64,000 nt of DNA. Origin: Malacoraja senta. Taxonomy: Eukaryota. Numbering within the stretch: position 1 is the stretch's first letter; the number at the start of each line of letters is the position of its first letter. The notes beneath the pieces were generated by a model, which was not told the DNA's origin, ran no database searches, and saw only the letters and a program-made list of their open reading frames with translations. This document shows, piece by piece, positions 1 through 12,709 of this stretch. The position numbers and the translations under genes are program-made. Where the stretch lies: NCBI GenBank assembly GCA_038087875.1, contig CM075987.1, positions 5,084,001 to 5,148,000 on the forward strand, written 5' to 3'.

Positions 1-442
1 TCCAGGTTGCTCTGCAGTTTGAGGGGCATCCTCCCCTCCAAGACCACCTCCCATGAATTCAACTGCGCCCCAGGACAGAGCCATCCTTCCTGATGAGCTT
101 GTTAATCCCATTGGCGTCCGCGGCCTTCGCCCTGCTGCCCCAGCACACGGCAGCGAAGAAGACGGCACTGGCTACCACCAATTGGTAGAACATCGGCAGC
201 ATCTCACTGCAGACGTTGAAGGAGTGGAGCCTTCTCAAAAAGTACAGCCGGCTCTGTCCCTTCTTGTACAGGGCCTCAGTCCAGTTTACTGTCCAGGTAC
301 ACCCCAAGGTATTTGTACTCCCTGGTAAACTACACATCCACACCATTGATGGAGACGGGGGACAGGGGTGTTCCTCTCCTCCTAAAGTCCACCACTAACT
401 CCTTAGTCTTGTCAGTGTTGATCTGCAGCCCACGCCACTCAA
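1..442 (-). mobile_element. Rex1/Babar LINE fragment (RT C-terminal region)
   Basis: Translates LYKKGQSRLYFLRRLHSFNVCSEMLPMFYQLVVASAVFFAAVCWGS, typical of Rex1. Confidence 0.85.
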
Positions 443-708
443 CAAAGTCAACTGCATTCTATCATTTTAAATATTTCACCATACAAGGCCTACAAATCAG
501 GATTTTGTTTTAAAAATCCTCAATATTTTGCATTGTCGAAATGAATTCCAATTATCAATATGTTTCTAAATCAAAATCAAACGTCTTGACTAAACAAATT
601 CACCCTTTGTTAACGAATGCGAATCTTTCAAAAGTTGCAGAAAGACTTGATGCTGTTTTATAAATAAGCTGTTTACAAAGGTGGAATGGCCAACACATAG
701 TCAGTTGT

Positions 709-1116
709 AGTTTAGTTTAGTTTAGCGATACAGCACGGAAACAGGCCCTTTGACCCACCGGGTCCGCGCTGACCAGCGATCCCCGCACATTAAAACTATC
801 CCACACACAGTAGGAACAATTTTTACTTTTACCAAGCCAATTAACCTACAAACCTGTACGTCTTTGGAGTGTGGGAGGAAACCGAAGATCTCAGAGAAAA
901 CACACGCAGGTCACGGGGGAACGTACAAACTCCGTACAGAAAGCACCCGTAGTCAGGATCGAACCCGGGTCTCTGGCGCTGCATTCGCTGTAAGGCAGCA
1001 ACTCTACCGGATCCTGACTGCGGGTGCAGTTGTACGGAGTTTGTACGTTCTCCCCGTGACCTGGGTGTCATGGTGGCGCAGCGGTAGAGTTGCTGCCTCA
1101 CAGCGCCATAGACCCA
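709..1116. mobile_element. HE1/V-SINE (minus, 709-1008) joined to rearranged plus-strand SINE head fragments
   Basis: tRNA-like B box (GGTTCGATCC), V-domain (CCTCCCACACTCCAAAGAC), CR1-derived tail and (CTAAA)n end. Confidence 0.85.
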
Positions 1117-1243
1117 GTGACACCCACTGGGCCTTTCACTGCTTCCTGTCTTCCCACTTTAATTATATCCTTCCTGTGGCAAAAGCAGTCGCAAAGCTCT
1201 TGTTGTTCAGGCTCCATTCAGGCAGGCAGGATTCAATTTTACT

Positions 1244-1640
1244 TAGAAACATAGAAACATAGAAAGTAGGTGCGAGAGTAGACCACCAGGCCCATCGAGC
1301 CCGCACCGCCATTCGCTCATGGCTGAACACTAAACAGACACCCTTACCCACAAACAGTAGACACAAGACACAGAACACAAGACACTACCCTCCCCTTTAT
1401 ACCGCTATCACCCCTCTCCACCCCAAGAACCGCGTGATCTCCTGGGGGAGGCAAAAAACCGGATAAAAACCCAGGTCCAATTCGGGAAAAAAATCCGGGA
1501 AATTCCTCTCCGACCCCAATCCAGGCGATCGACACTTGTCCAGGAGATCACTCAGGTCTTACTATACTAACCATACCTAGGTCCATATCCCTGCCCTCTC
1601 CCCGTAGCCCCTTATCCCCTTGGCAGCTAAAAAACCATCT
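1244..1640 (-). mobile_element. CR1-type LINE 3' end
   Basis: (TTTCTATG)n tail and ...GGGCTCGATGGGCCTGGTGGTCTACTC 3' stem region on the minus strand. Confidence 0.65.
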
Positions 1641-1831
1641 TGGTGTAGATCGAGCAGGCACACACTTCTGGGTAGAGCAATGCCAATGGCGACGCTGGAG
1701 GGAGCACTTCCATGCCCAATCTGTGTCCGTGAGTCTGACCAGAGACACAGGGTTGCACTCAGTCAATACCCACAATACACCCAATTCTGCCCGTGCTACA
1801 CAAACATGAGCGCTGTGCTCATCACAAATTA

Positions 1832-2184
1832 AGCCCCTGTCCCACTTACGTGTCCGTGGCACGCTAATTACGGCCGTGAGCCCCAGGCCGAGCTCGGCGA
1901 TCGTTTGCCTGCTTCTGCTGCTATTGGAGGTGAGACGTTGCGTCGCGCCAGGGTCTTGGGCCTGTCCCACTTTGGCCGTCAGTTATGCGACCGGCCGTTG
2001 GCGCGCAAAGATTTCGTTCGCTACAAAAATTTCGGAGCCCCGCGCGATGTCGCGCACAACTACATACCCCTCCGCGCTTCTCATTTGGACCGGCGCCGTG
2101 CGGCCACACGATGCCCATGCGCCTCAACGCGACGACGAGGTCGTGTAATTTGCGTGCCAAGGACACGTAAGTGGGACAGGCCCT
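1832..2184. mobile_element. PIF/Harbinger-like MITE
   Basis: About 40-bp TIRs AG(CC/GG)CCTGTCCCACTTACGTGTCC..., flanks TTA/TTG, CpG-rich interior, and an extra internal GGGCCTGTCCCACTT near 1958. Confidence 0.8.
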
Positions 2185-2287
2185 TTGGAGTTAAGATGCT
2201 GCAGTAGCTTGTTGTGCATCTCACAATGCGAGGGAGCTGTCTGCTGACAATGGGAGGCCAGTCTAGGGCTTATCAAGCGCCTCTCAA

Positions 2288-3457
2288 AGTCATGGAGTCA
2301 TACAGCAGGGAGACAGGCACTCCGGGACAACTTGCCCATGCTGATCAAGATGCCCCATCTACACTAGTCCCACCTGCCGATATCTCCCTCCAAACCTTTC
2401 CTTTCCATGTCCCTATCCCAGTGTCCAGGTTCTTGACCCGGAACGTCACCTAGCCCCTTTCTTCAGAGATGCTGCCTGACCCGCTGAGTTACTCCAGCTT
2501 TTTGTGTCTATCTTCGGTGTAAACCAGCATCTGCAGTTCCTTCTTCCACCCCGGCGTCTTTTAAATGTTGTTATTGTACCTGCCTCAACTACCTCAGCTG
2601 GCAGCTCATCCCATATACCCACCACCCTCTGTGTGGAAAGGTTGCCCCTTGGGTTCCTATTAAATCGCTCCCCTCTCACCCTCAACATCTGTCCTCTGGT
2701 TGTCGATTCCCCGACCTGGTAGGTGCACGGTGGTGCAGCGGTAGAGTTGCTGCCTCACAGTGCCAGAGACCCGGGTTCGATCCTGACTACGGGTGCTGTC
2801 TTTTACACAAAGTCTCTGTTCATTCACCCTATCTATTTCCCTCACGTACTACAATATGCATGACTAATGCACAGGGGCATCTGCCCAGCAACAGCTTGCT
2901 GAGATACTCCTTCCATGCCTGCCTCAATCGTGACACTGACAAGAGCATTCAACATCATAATACAGTACAGCACTAAACAGGCCCTTCGGCCCACAATGTA
3001 TGTGCCGGACATGATGCCCAGACCATCACTTACCTACCTGCACATAGAACAGCGATACCCTTTTAAGATGGAAATATCACAGACTAGAAGGCATTGCTTT
3101 AAAGTGAGAGGGACAAAGTTAAAGGAATGGGTCATGCAAGTTTGTTGTTTACACAGAAGGTGGTGAGTGCCTAGAACTCGTTGCTGGTGTTGGTGGTCGA
3201 GGCAGATACGATAGTGGCGTTTAAGAGACTTTTGATAGATACAAAATGCTGGAGTACCTCAGCGGGACAGGCAGCATCTCTGGAGAGGAGGAATGGGTGA
3301 CGTTTTGGGTCGAGACCCTTCTTCAGACTTTTGGACAGGAACATGGGTATGCATATCCTTCAATTCCCTGCATACCCATGTACCTATTCAAAAGTCTCTT
3401 AAATGTCACTATTGATATTTCCACCCTGAGGTAAAGCTTCTGACTTTCTACCCTGCC
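2288..3457. repeat. Mosaic of CR1 3' tails, Penelope pseudo-LTR pieces and a SINE head
   Basis: Recurrent motifs shared with other copies in the window. Confidence 0.7.
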
Positions 3458-3719
3458 ATCGATCGCCCATTCACACTAGTTCCATGTTATCCCACTTTCT
3501 CATCCATTTCCCACACACTCGGGGAAATTTACAGAGACCAATTAACCTACAAACCCGCACGTCTTTGGGATGGGAGGAAACCGGAGCACCCGGAGGAAAC
3601 CCATGCGGTCACAGGGAGGACGTGCAAACTCCACACAGCCAGCATCTGAGGTCAGGATCGAACCCGGGTCTCTGGCGCTCTGAGGCAGCTGCTCTACCCG
3701 CTGCGCCACTGTGCTGCCC
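3458..3719 (-). mobile_element. HE1/V-SINE
   Basis: A/B boxes and V-domain. Confidence 0.85.
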
Positions 3720-3861
3720 GCTATGGCTTTACATTCAACATGAGGAAACATTCCAGTATCTGGTGAATCTGGAATTCTTTGCCACAGACGGCTGTGGAGG
3801 CCAAGTCAATCGATATTTTCAAGTTGGAGATTGATCGATTCCTGATTCGTTCGGGTGTCAG

Positions 3862-4904
3862 TAGGTATGTTACAAAACTTACCTTCAGTCGCGCTGTGAT
3901 TCTGCCACTGGCCGTGTGCGCGATTTTGGCGCCTTTAAGGGGGGGGGCGGGGTTAAAACGCGGGTTTCACCTCCCTTGTCCTGGTTAATATTTTGTTGGA
4001 GTACAGGCGTTGGCTGAGGAATCGTTCCTAGTGGCGATTTGTGTGTTTTTTATTTTTATTAAATTGTCAATGTCAGCGCTACAGTAATTTTAAAATCAGC
4101 TCCTGAAGCGTCAACGCCGATAACGGGGACAGATTTCACACACGGGACAGGTAAACGAAAGTGGTTTCTTTAAATGTATAAAAGTGCTTCTTAAGAAGCC
4201 TTTAATTCACATTTTTTCAAGCAACACGGTGATTTTATTCCCCGAATTAATGGCAGTATTTTTCATGCCAATACGGGGTTAAATTCACCGCAAATGAACG
4301 TTCCAAATGATCGCATTCCAGAAATCTTCACTCACAAGATGATTTAAATCCCCATTAATTTACAGGTATTAAACATTCAATTCCTTCCATTTGGCCTGTA
4401 AATTCATGAAAATGAGATTTAAAAATTATGTTATATTGTGAATTATTGTGTGAATGTTATTTGGACACTTAGGCTATTTAAAAATGTTAATCTATTCTTA
4501 AGAAATTGATAGATGTTTAGATCTAGTAATTGAATTTTGTAATTAGCTACAATTAGGTAACTAACTAATTATATGCTTTACTTTCATGTCTTCTAAGTAA
4601 GATTGTTTCATATTTGTTTCAGAATACTTCAATCTATAATAACTGAACATTTCTTTCAGTTATCTTAATGTTTAAGAAAGTTATGGGCTTTTGACTGTCC
4701 TCGATCACAGCTTTTGTGTTAAGTCAATGGAAAAGCAATAGGGAACAAGATGCTAATTTCCGAGTATGAAAATGGCCATAACTTCTTTAATACTGAAGAT
4801 ATGAAAGTGAATTAGGTGTCAAATTAAACTTCTTTTTATGCTTTATCTGATGGGATAAATTGCAGACTTTATTTTTAAAATCTCAAAATTTTGTAACATT
4901 GCTA
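3862..4904. mobile_element. Non-autonomous DNA transposon (1043 bp), TAG...CTA termini, 7-bp TSD, inserted in a CR1 3' fragment
   Basis: TIRs TAGGTATGTTACAAAA / TTTTGTAACATTGCTA; TSD GTGTCAG at 3855-3861 and 4905-4911. Removing it restores the CR1 tail ...cgggtgtcaggagttatggggagaagg. Confidence 0.85.
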
Positions 4905-5628
4905 GTGTCAGGAGTTATGGGGAGAAGGTGGGGAAGAGGTTGAGGGAAAAAGATAGATCAGCCATGATTGAATGACGGAATAGACTTGATGGGTCGGCCT
5001 AATTCTGCTCCTAGAACTTGTGTAACTTTATGTAACCTCGGGGTCTTACAGCATGGAAACAGGCCCTTCAGCCCAACTTGCCCACACTGGCCAACATGTC
5101 CCATCTACACCAGTCCCGCCTGCCTGCGTTTGGCCTATATCCCTCCAAACCTGTTCTAACCATGTACCTGTCTAAACCTTGTGATCCTATCTGCCTCAAC
5201 TACCTCCTCCGGCAGCTCGTTCCTTACACCAACTAACCTTTGCGTGAAAAAGTTACGCAAGAGTGGAGAGTGAAACCAAGTTTATTTTTCAGGTTGATGA
5301 CCTCTCATCAGAAAGGAAAACGTCAGATAAACAATGAATGTTAAGCAAGTGCAGAGAGTGTTAATGGGGAGGGGAGGGGAGGAGGGGTGAACCAAAGAGA
5401 AGGTGTGCGATGATGCAGGGTGAAAGGAGATAGGGTAGGGATGAGTTGAAAATGGAAGGCTGGTGTGTAAGGACAAAACCATGAACAACATCCACAGCCT
5501 AAAACGCCCAGAGCAGGGCAGTCAAGAACCAGAGGACTTAGATTTAAAGTGAGAGGGGAAAGATTTAATGGGAACCTGAGGGGCAAATTTTTCTACACAG
5601 AGGCTTGAGGGGGGGGTATATGGACGTG

Positions 5629-6043
5629 TGTTACAAGGGAAAGGGTTCAAGGAACTGACTAGTAGAACAGAAAAAGACTCACTCGTCTGTTTAGTTACAA
5701 ATCAGTTTTATTGGCAAGAGAGAACAAAAACAAGACTTGTCTTGGTATGCGCAGGGTCCGGTTTACAGCAGCACACCCCTCTCTCTCTCTCTCTCTCTCT
5801 CCCTCTCTCTGTCTCCGTCTGCGGTACTGATCGCGGCTCTGCCCGTCGGTGAACCCCTCTCGTACATGATCTTGAGCTAACTTCTGGCTTTCTGGCGCCT
5901 GCCTTTATACTGGTAAGAAATCAGGTGTTGCAGGTAAGTCCTGGCCAATAATGCTGCTCCCAAATTCAAACTACAACCAATGCCAGGAGACAGCATCCCA
6001 GCGAGTACCCTAGCTTACGGATGGACCGTTCAGACACCTAACA
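5629..6043 (-). mobile_element. Probable solo LTR
   Basis: TGTTA...TAACA termini, about 415 bp, TATAAA then AATAAA in order on the minus strand, internal (CT)n. No clear TSD. Confidence 0.55.
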
Positions 6044-6225
6044 GAGGGGAAGAAGCTCTTATCGGGTAGGTGGTGCGTGCTTACAAGCTTCTGTACCTTA
6101 TGTCACACAGGAGCAGAGGGAAGGAGGAATAACCGGTCTTTGATTATATTGGCTGCTTTACTGAGGCGGTGTGAAGTGTAGAGGGAGTCAGTGGTGCAGT
6201 CTGGTTTGTGTGATGTTTAGTTTTA

Positions 6226-6872
6226 CAATAGACAATAGGTGCCGGAGTAGGCCATTCGGCCCTTCGAGCCAGCAACGCCATTCACTGTGACCATGACTGA
6301 TCATCTACAATCAGTACCCCGTTCCTGCCTTCTCCCCATATCCCCTGACTCCGCTATCTTTAACTCTATCTAATCCTCTCTTGAAAGCACCCTGAAAATT
6401 GGCCTCCACTGCCTTCTGAGGCAGAGAATTCCACAGATTCACAACTCTCTGGGTGAAAACGTTTTTCCTCATCTCCATTCTAAATGACCTACCCCTTATT
6501 CTTAAACTGTGGCCCCTGGTTCTGGACTCCCCCATCATTGGGAACATGTTTCCTGCCTCTTGCGTGTCCAATCCCTTAATAATCTTATATGTTTTAATAA
6601 GATACCCTCTCATCCTTCTAAATTCCAGTGTATACAAGCCCAGTCGCTCCATTCTCTTAACAAATGACAGTCCCGGCACTCCCTCAACAGCAAGAATGTC
6701 CTTCCTCAAATTTGGAGACCAAAACTGCACACAATACTCCAGGTGTGGTCTCACCAGGGCCCTGCACAACTGCAGAAGGACCTCTTTGCTCCTATACTCA
6801 ACTCCTCTTGTTATGAAGGCCAACATGCCATTAGCTTTCTTCACTGCCTGCTGTACCTGCATGCTTACTTTG
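6226..6872 (-). mobile_element. CR1 LINE 3' fragment
   Basis: KANGMLAFI...[16 protein letters not shown]...RTRGHSLR...RVVNLWNSLP, with a (TCTATTG)n tail. Confidence 0.92.
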
Positions 6873-8377
6873 AACAAGTATCCCCAGATCTCATTGTACT
6901 TCCCCTTTTTCCAACTTGACATCAGATATTTGGTGCACTATATAAACTGCACGTTGATAGCAACCCTGATTTACTGATATGTGGGCACACCAGTCAGCAG
7001 AGTCTCAGTGCTAAGTTCTCCCAACAAGGAGGCGTGGTGGGGGATTCCTTTTCTAATGTTGACTGAAAACGCGGCCAAATTGTGGCATTGATCAAAATGC
7101 ATTAAAAATGATTTAACATCCCTTATCAGCTGTAAAAGATTATTGCTGCAAATCTTCAATCTGCCTCAGAACAGTTCCTGTTGCCAATCACATTACCATC
7201 AGGCATTAGTGCTGAGTTCACTCACACTGGTACTATCTCATCTATTTATTAAGCACTGTTTAAAAGCCGTAGAGTCATGGCGAGCTGTGGTTGTGTTGTC
7301 AAAATGTTTAAGTTCTGTTCAAAATGAAACTTTAAGCCGAAGCGATAAATGAAATATATTCAAAATGTAATTTCCTTATAAAATGACAGCTGACAGCGCA
7401 TTAAAAGTGAACTGCCCCAACATGTATCACTGTACCACTAAATTTCAGGTGGAGTCTTACAGCACGGAAACATGTTCTTTGACTCAACTTTTCCGTGTTG
7501 ACCAAAATGCCCTAACTAAAAGTAAACAAAGTGCAGGAGCAACTCAGCAGGTCAGGCAGCATCTCTGGGGAAGATGGGTAGGTGACGTTTCAGGTTGTAA
7601 TGGATTGTAATGGAGGGAAGAAGGCTGGAAGAGCTGGCAGCCATTTTCCTCCATTTGGCCTGCATCCCTCTAAGCCATTCCTATCCATGTACCTGCCAAG
7701 TGTCCTTTAAATGCTGTTAATAGTACTTGCTTCAAGATGATAATAATTCCTCCACAAGGCTTCACATAACGTAGCCAACTATACCAGTGCAGCGCTGCAT
7801 CAAGCAATGCTGTCTGGCTTTAAGTGAATATTTACAAGGTAACGTCAGTCAAGATAGATTGTTCTGCCAAACCTGATATCTCTGCTATAAGAGGACCAGT
7901 GCTAAAAACTCAATAAATGTTGAAGTAGTGGCTCCACGGGTGCCTTGGTGGGAAGCCCATGAGATGGGCATTGGAAAGAAAATTCTATCAAAGACAATTA
8001 CGAACAATGAAGACTAGATCCCATAAACTAACTTGTCAGTTTCCATTCAGGAATAAGTTGAGGCTGGAAGTCTAAATGCTCAGGAACAAAAATCAGTCGA
8101 ATGGAAAGCCTACCCAAATCTGATCGGCAAGGATTGAATAGAGCGGGTCAAGCCAGCAATATAAATAATGATTCCTCTCATTTCAAGTAACCCTTGCATT
8201 CCCTCTCTCTCCTGGCTAGTTTCATTGTTCACATCCCTTCTTAATCACCTCTTCCACAGCAACCAATGGACCGTCGTGTGGCCCACCTTTCCTGCCTTTC
8301 ATCGGTGCCGGCTCTGATTTCTTCTGTTCCTTTTCATACCTCTAGATTCCTTCTCCCTGCATTCTCAGTCTGAAGAA

Positions 8378-8885
8378 GTGGTGCAGCGGTAGAATTGCTG
8401 CCACACAGCGCCAGAGACCTGGGTTCGATCCTGACTGCTGGTGCTGTCTGTACGGAGTTTGTATGTTCTCCCCGTGACTGTGTGTTTTTTTTTCCTGGTG
8501 CTCAGGTTTTCTCCCACAGTCCAAAGACATACAGGTTTGTAGGTTAATTGGCTCGGTAAAAATTGTAAATTGACCCTTATGTGTGTAATCTCAGATAGTC
8601 CTTGCTTTCTCCCTCCTTCCTCTCCCCTTCCCAGCTCTCCCACAAGCCTACTGCCTCCGCCTCTTCCTTTCTTTTTCCTGCCCCCCCCCCACCCGACATC
8701 AGTCTGAAGAAGAGTCTCGACCTGAAACGTCGCCTATTCCTGCTCTCCATAGATGCTGCCTCACCCGCTGAGTTTCACCAGCATTTTTGTCTATACCTTT
8801 TGTGTAGGATAGTGTTCGTGTGTGAGGATCGCTCGGTGTGACGAAAGGACTGTTTCCGCACTGTATCTCCAAAGTAAACTAATCT
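8378..8885 (+). mobile_element. HE1/V-SINE interrupted by a Penelope pseudo-LTR (about 8588-8798)
   Basis: SINE halves either side of a CTGAAGA...GAAACGTC-containing pLTR. Confidence 0.8.
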
Positions 8886-9460
8886 ACACTAAGGGTCTCG
8901 ACCCAAAACGTCACCTATTCATTTTCTCCAGAGATGCTGCCTGACCCGCTGAGTTACTCCAACACACTGTGACTATTCTCGAGGATTGAGAATGAGTGGA
9001 CAGGAAGGGCAATGCAGAAAGGGGTCTTCTGCAGAACTGAAGTCGATCTTTGTTAATGACTCCACTTGTACAGGACTCAAAGCGCAGAGGGATACATTCC
9101 TTTGACCAGCCGGTTAGATTAACTGGAATAAGAGGCCACATTGTTTTTGTCTCTGCATTGTTTTTAAATGATTCAAGTCAAGAGAGTTCAATTACCACAT
9201 GTACAGCAACAGAACCATTAAAGCCTTGCGTTCTGTGGCTTTACAGGCGAGTTCATGTAATACACGCACAAATAAGTATACAGTACTCAATAATACAATA
9301 CATTATTAATTAGTAATACTTGGTAACCTGGTCATAATAATGCAAAACAGAAGCCTGCAGTGCAACTATAACAAAGTCCAGAATAGGTTATAGTTGCGGA
9401 GGTAGTGGTTAGTGTTATGCAGTGGGCAACGCCCTCATTTCTATCTGTTCATTGTGTAGG

Positions 9461-9720
9461 CCGGCACATTGGTAGGGTTGTTGCCTCACAGTGCCAGAGA
9501 CCCGGGTTCGATCCTGACTATGGGGGCTATCTGTATGGAGTTTGTACGTTCTCCCTGGGTCCGCGTGGAAACTCTCCGGGTGCTCCGGTTTCCTCCCACA
9601 CTCCAGAGACGTATAGGTTTGTAGGTTAATTGTGTGTGTAGGATAGATCTAGTATACGGGGTGATCGCTGGTCAGCAAGGACACGATGGGCTGAGGGATC
9701 TGTTTCCACGCTGTATCTCC
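9461..9720 (+). mobile_element. HE1/V-SINE
   Basis: B box, V-domain, CR1-like tail. Confidence 0.85.
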
Positions 9721-10207
9721 AAAAAAAAAACCACAAAAAAAAACCACTTTAAGTGTTAGGAAAAAAATCTCTATAGACTGGTTCTTGTTGGGAGAGGCCA
9801 TGCAGGTTTGAGAATTCTGCAGCACTTATGTGGAGCAATCTTTCCCCTGAGGCTATAACGGGTTAGACAGCGCAAGTTTATTCATTTGAACCAGAAGGAA
9901 TCAGATCCTCCGTAGGAAACTCCTATCGGGATGCATCACAACAGCTCTGCCAACACTGCAAGAAATCACAGAGATAATTCTGGATGTAGCCCAGTTTATC
10001 ACACAATCCAGCCTCCCCTCCACTGACACCATCCATACTCCACGCTGCCTTGGGAAAGCAGCCAACATAATCAAGGCCCATTTTCACTCCAGTCATTCAC
10101 CGCCGTCAGGCCGAAGACACAAAAGCTTGAAAGCATGTACCATTTAGAGTCAGGAACAGCTTCTTCCTTACTGTTATCAGACTACTGGAACGACCTTCCC
10201 TAAGTTA

Positions 10208-10334
10208 GGTAGATAAAAATGCTGGAGAAACCCAGCGGGTGAGGCAGCATCTAGATGCTGCCTCACCCGCTGAGTTTCTCCGGCATTTTCATCTACCTTC
10301 GATTTTTCCAGCACCTGCAGTTCCTTCTTAAACA
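10208..10334. mobile_element. Penelope-derived fold-back insertion within a decayed Rex1 3' fragment (about 9905-10485)
   Basis: 12-bp TSD TTCCCTAAGTTA (10196-10207, 10335-10346) and a near-perfect palindrome centred on ATCTAGAT. Confidence 0.85.
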
Positions 10335-10692
10335 TTCCCTAAGTTATCGTGTAGTTTTGATCCTCCAACCTACCTTATTGTGGACCATGCAGTTTTTTTG
10401 TCTGCACTTTCACAGCAACTGTAACACTAGGATACTATATTCTGCATTCTGGTATTTTTCTCTTTGCATTACCTGTTGTACTTGTGGGTCGACACAAAAT
10501 GCGGGAGTAACTCGCATTTTGGTTGTCTCCTCCCCTCCCCCAGCCCTCGGGCTCCTCCTCCGCCTTTTTTCCTTTCTTCTCCCCACCCCCTATCAGTCTG
10601 AAGAAGGGTTTCGGCCCGAAACATTGCCTATTTCCTTCGCTCCATAGATGCTGCTGCACCCGCTGAGTTTCTCCAGCATTTTTGTGTACCTT

Positions 10693-12060
10693 GGATTCCC
10701 TTCAGTTCCTCCCTCCCACTAGATCCTCGGTCCCCTAGTATTTCTGGGAGATTGTTTTTGTCTTCCTTAGTGAAGACAGTACCAAAATACTCGTTTAACT
10801 GTTCTGCCATTTCTTTGTTTCCCATTTTTTATTCACCTGTCTCTGATTGTAAGGGACCTTCACTAATCTTTTCCTTTTTACATATCTAAAGAAGCTTCCA
10901 GAGTCAGTATATTCCCCGCAAGTTTTCATTCATGCTCTTTTTCCCCCCTCTTAATGAACCCCTATGTCCTCCTCTGTTGCGTTTTAAATTTCTCCTAGTG
11001 GTTTGCCAATTTATATGCCTCTTCCTTGGATTTAACAATATCCTTGATTTCCCTCGTCAGCCACGGTCGAGCTGCCTTCCCCGTTTTATTTTTTCGCCAG
11101 ACAGGGATGAACAATTTTTGGAGTTCATCCATGTGGTCTTTAAATCTTTGCCATTGCATCTCCAGTCAACCCTTTAAGTATACTTTGCCAGTCTATCCTA
11201 GCCAATTCCGTCTCATACCTTCAAAGTCTCCTTTCTTTAAGTTCAGGGCACTCGTCTCTGAATTAACAGTGTCACTTTCCATCCTAATGCAGAATTCCAC
11301 CTATTATAGTCACTGTTGCCCAAGGGGCTTTGCACAACAAGATTGCTAACTAATCCTTCCTCATTACACAATACCCAGTCTAGGATCGCTTGACCTCTAG
11401 TTGGTTCCTCTACATATTGGTTTAAAAAACCATCCCGTATGCATTCCAGGAAATTCTCCTCCTCAGCGCTGCTACCAATTTGGTTGGCCCAATCTATATG
11501 TAGATTAAAGTCACGCATGACAACTGCTGTACCTTTGCTACATGAATCCCTAATTTCCTGCTTGAAGTTATCCCCAACATCACTAGTGGTGGTCTGTATA
11601 CAACTCCAACAAGCGTTTTCTGCCCTTGGCTATGTCGCAGTTCTACCCATAACTGTTCAGGACCGCAGGCCATCCAGCTGCTGCTCCAGTTCCCTAACTC
11701 GGCCCTTGAGGAGCTGCATCTGGACACAGTTCCCACAGGTGTAGTGGTCGGTGACACCAGCCATGCCCCTGACCCCACATCCTGCAGCAAACGCACGGCA
11801 GTAATATTCCTGCCATCACGTCAATAAGTTTAAATATTTAAATTAAACACACAACCGAATAAATGTAGCCTCAGCCTCCTCGCCGAAGACTCTTGAGACA
11901 AAGACTTAACACTTGACCTCTCCAAGGCACTTCACCTCAACAAGGCCGCTCCACTACACCTGCACTTAATTTTATCTAATCAAGACACCGATCCACTCAA
12001 CTAATTAGGCCATCGCAGCCAATCCACTCCCTCGCTGGTCTGGCTGCTGCTCCTCTGTGA
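10693..12060 (-). mobile_element. CR1 LINE 5' portion: ORF1 zinc-finger/coiled-coil remnant plus ORF2 endonuclease remnant, internally deleted
   Basis: GVVYRPP, DFNLHIDW, FLNQYVEEPTRGQAILDWVL and LGNSDY (APE motifs); CGNCVQMQLL..RVRELEQQLD (ORF1). Confidence 0.85.
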
Positions 12061-12709
12061 CCTTCAAGGTAATTACTTACTGTGCCAGGGAAGAGGTGCA
12101 AGCAGTGGAAATTCTCATTGTTTAAAAAAAATCAACGCATTAAAGAATCATAGATGTTAATGAGGATCACACTCACTCAGAGGTGGTACATATAGGAAAC
12201 AAGCTGCCAGACAAAGTGGTTCAGGCATTTAAAAGACATTTGGACAGGTAGATGGATAGGAAAGGTTTAGATGGGTATGGGCCATACGTGGACTAACGGG
12301 ACTAGTGGAGTTGTGCATCTTGGTCGCCATTGACTAATTGGGTTGAAGGGCCATGTGTGCAAAGATGAGAATAAATTCCTTCTTTCAGATGGTCATGTGT
12401 CTTTACAATTCTCATTTTGGGGATCTCATGCCTTAAAGACTGCTGCCCGGTGACCTTGACATCCGCCATCATGAAGCTTTGAGAGGCTGATTATGGAACG
12501 CATTAGATTCAGTCTACCAAACAAACTTGACCAACTGCAGTTCACCAACCAACATAACAGGTTCGTGGTTGATGCCATCTCCCTAATCCCACACTCATCC
12601 CTGTAACACCGGAATAAGAGAGATGCCTACATCAGATTTCTATTCATAGACTACAGCTCTGCTTTTAACACCATTATTCCATCTGGGCTCATCATCAAAC
12701 ATGTGGAAC

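Noticed and set aside
750-1262. 170-aa ORF and the many similar 'PINLQTCTSLECGRKP' ORFs
   Set aside because: Chance translations of HE1/V-SINE sequence.
12020-12080. Minus-strand GAAARP resembling the MVB12B terminal exon (SAAARLP)
   Set aside because: No splice acceptor, no YEYSF motif, and it lies at a CR1 5' end.
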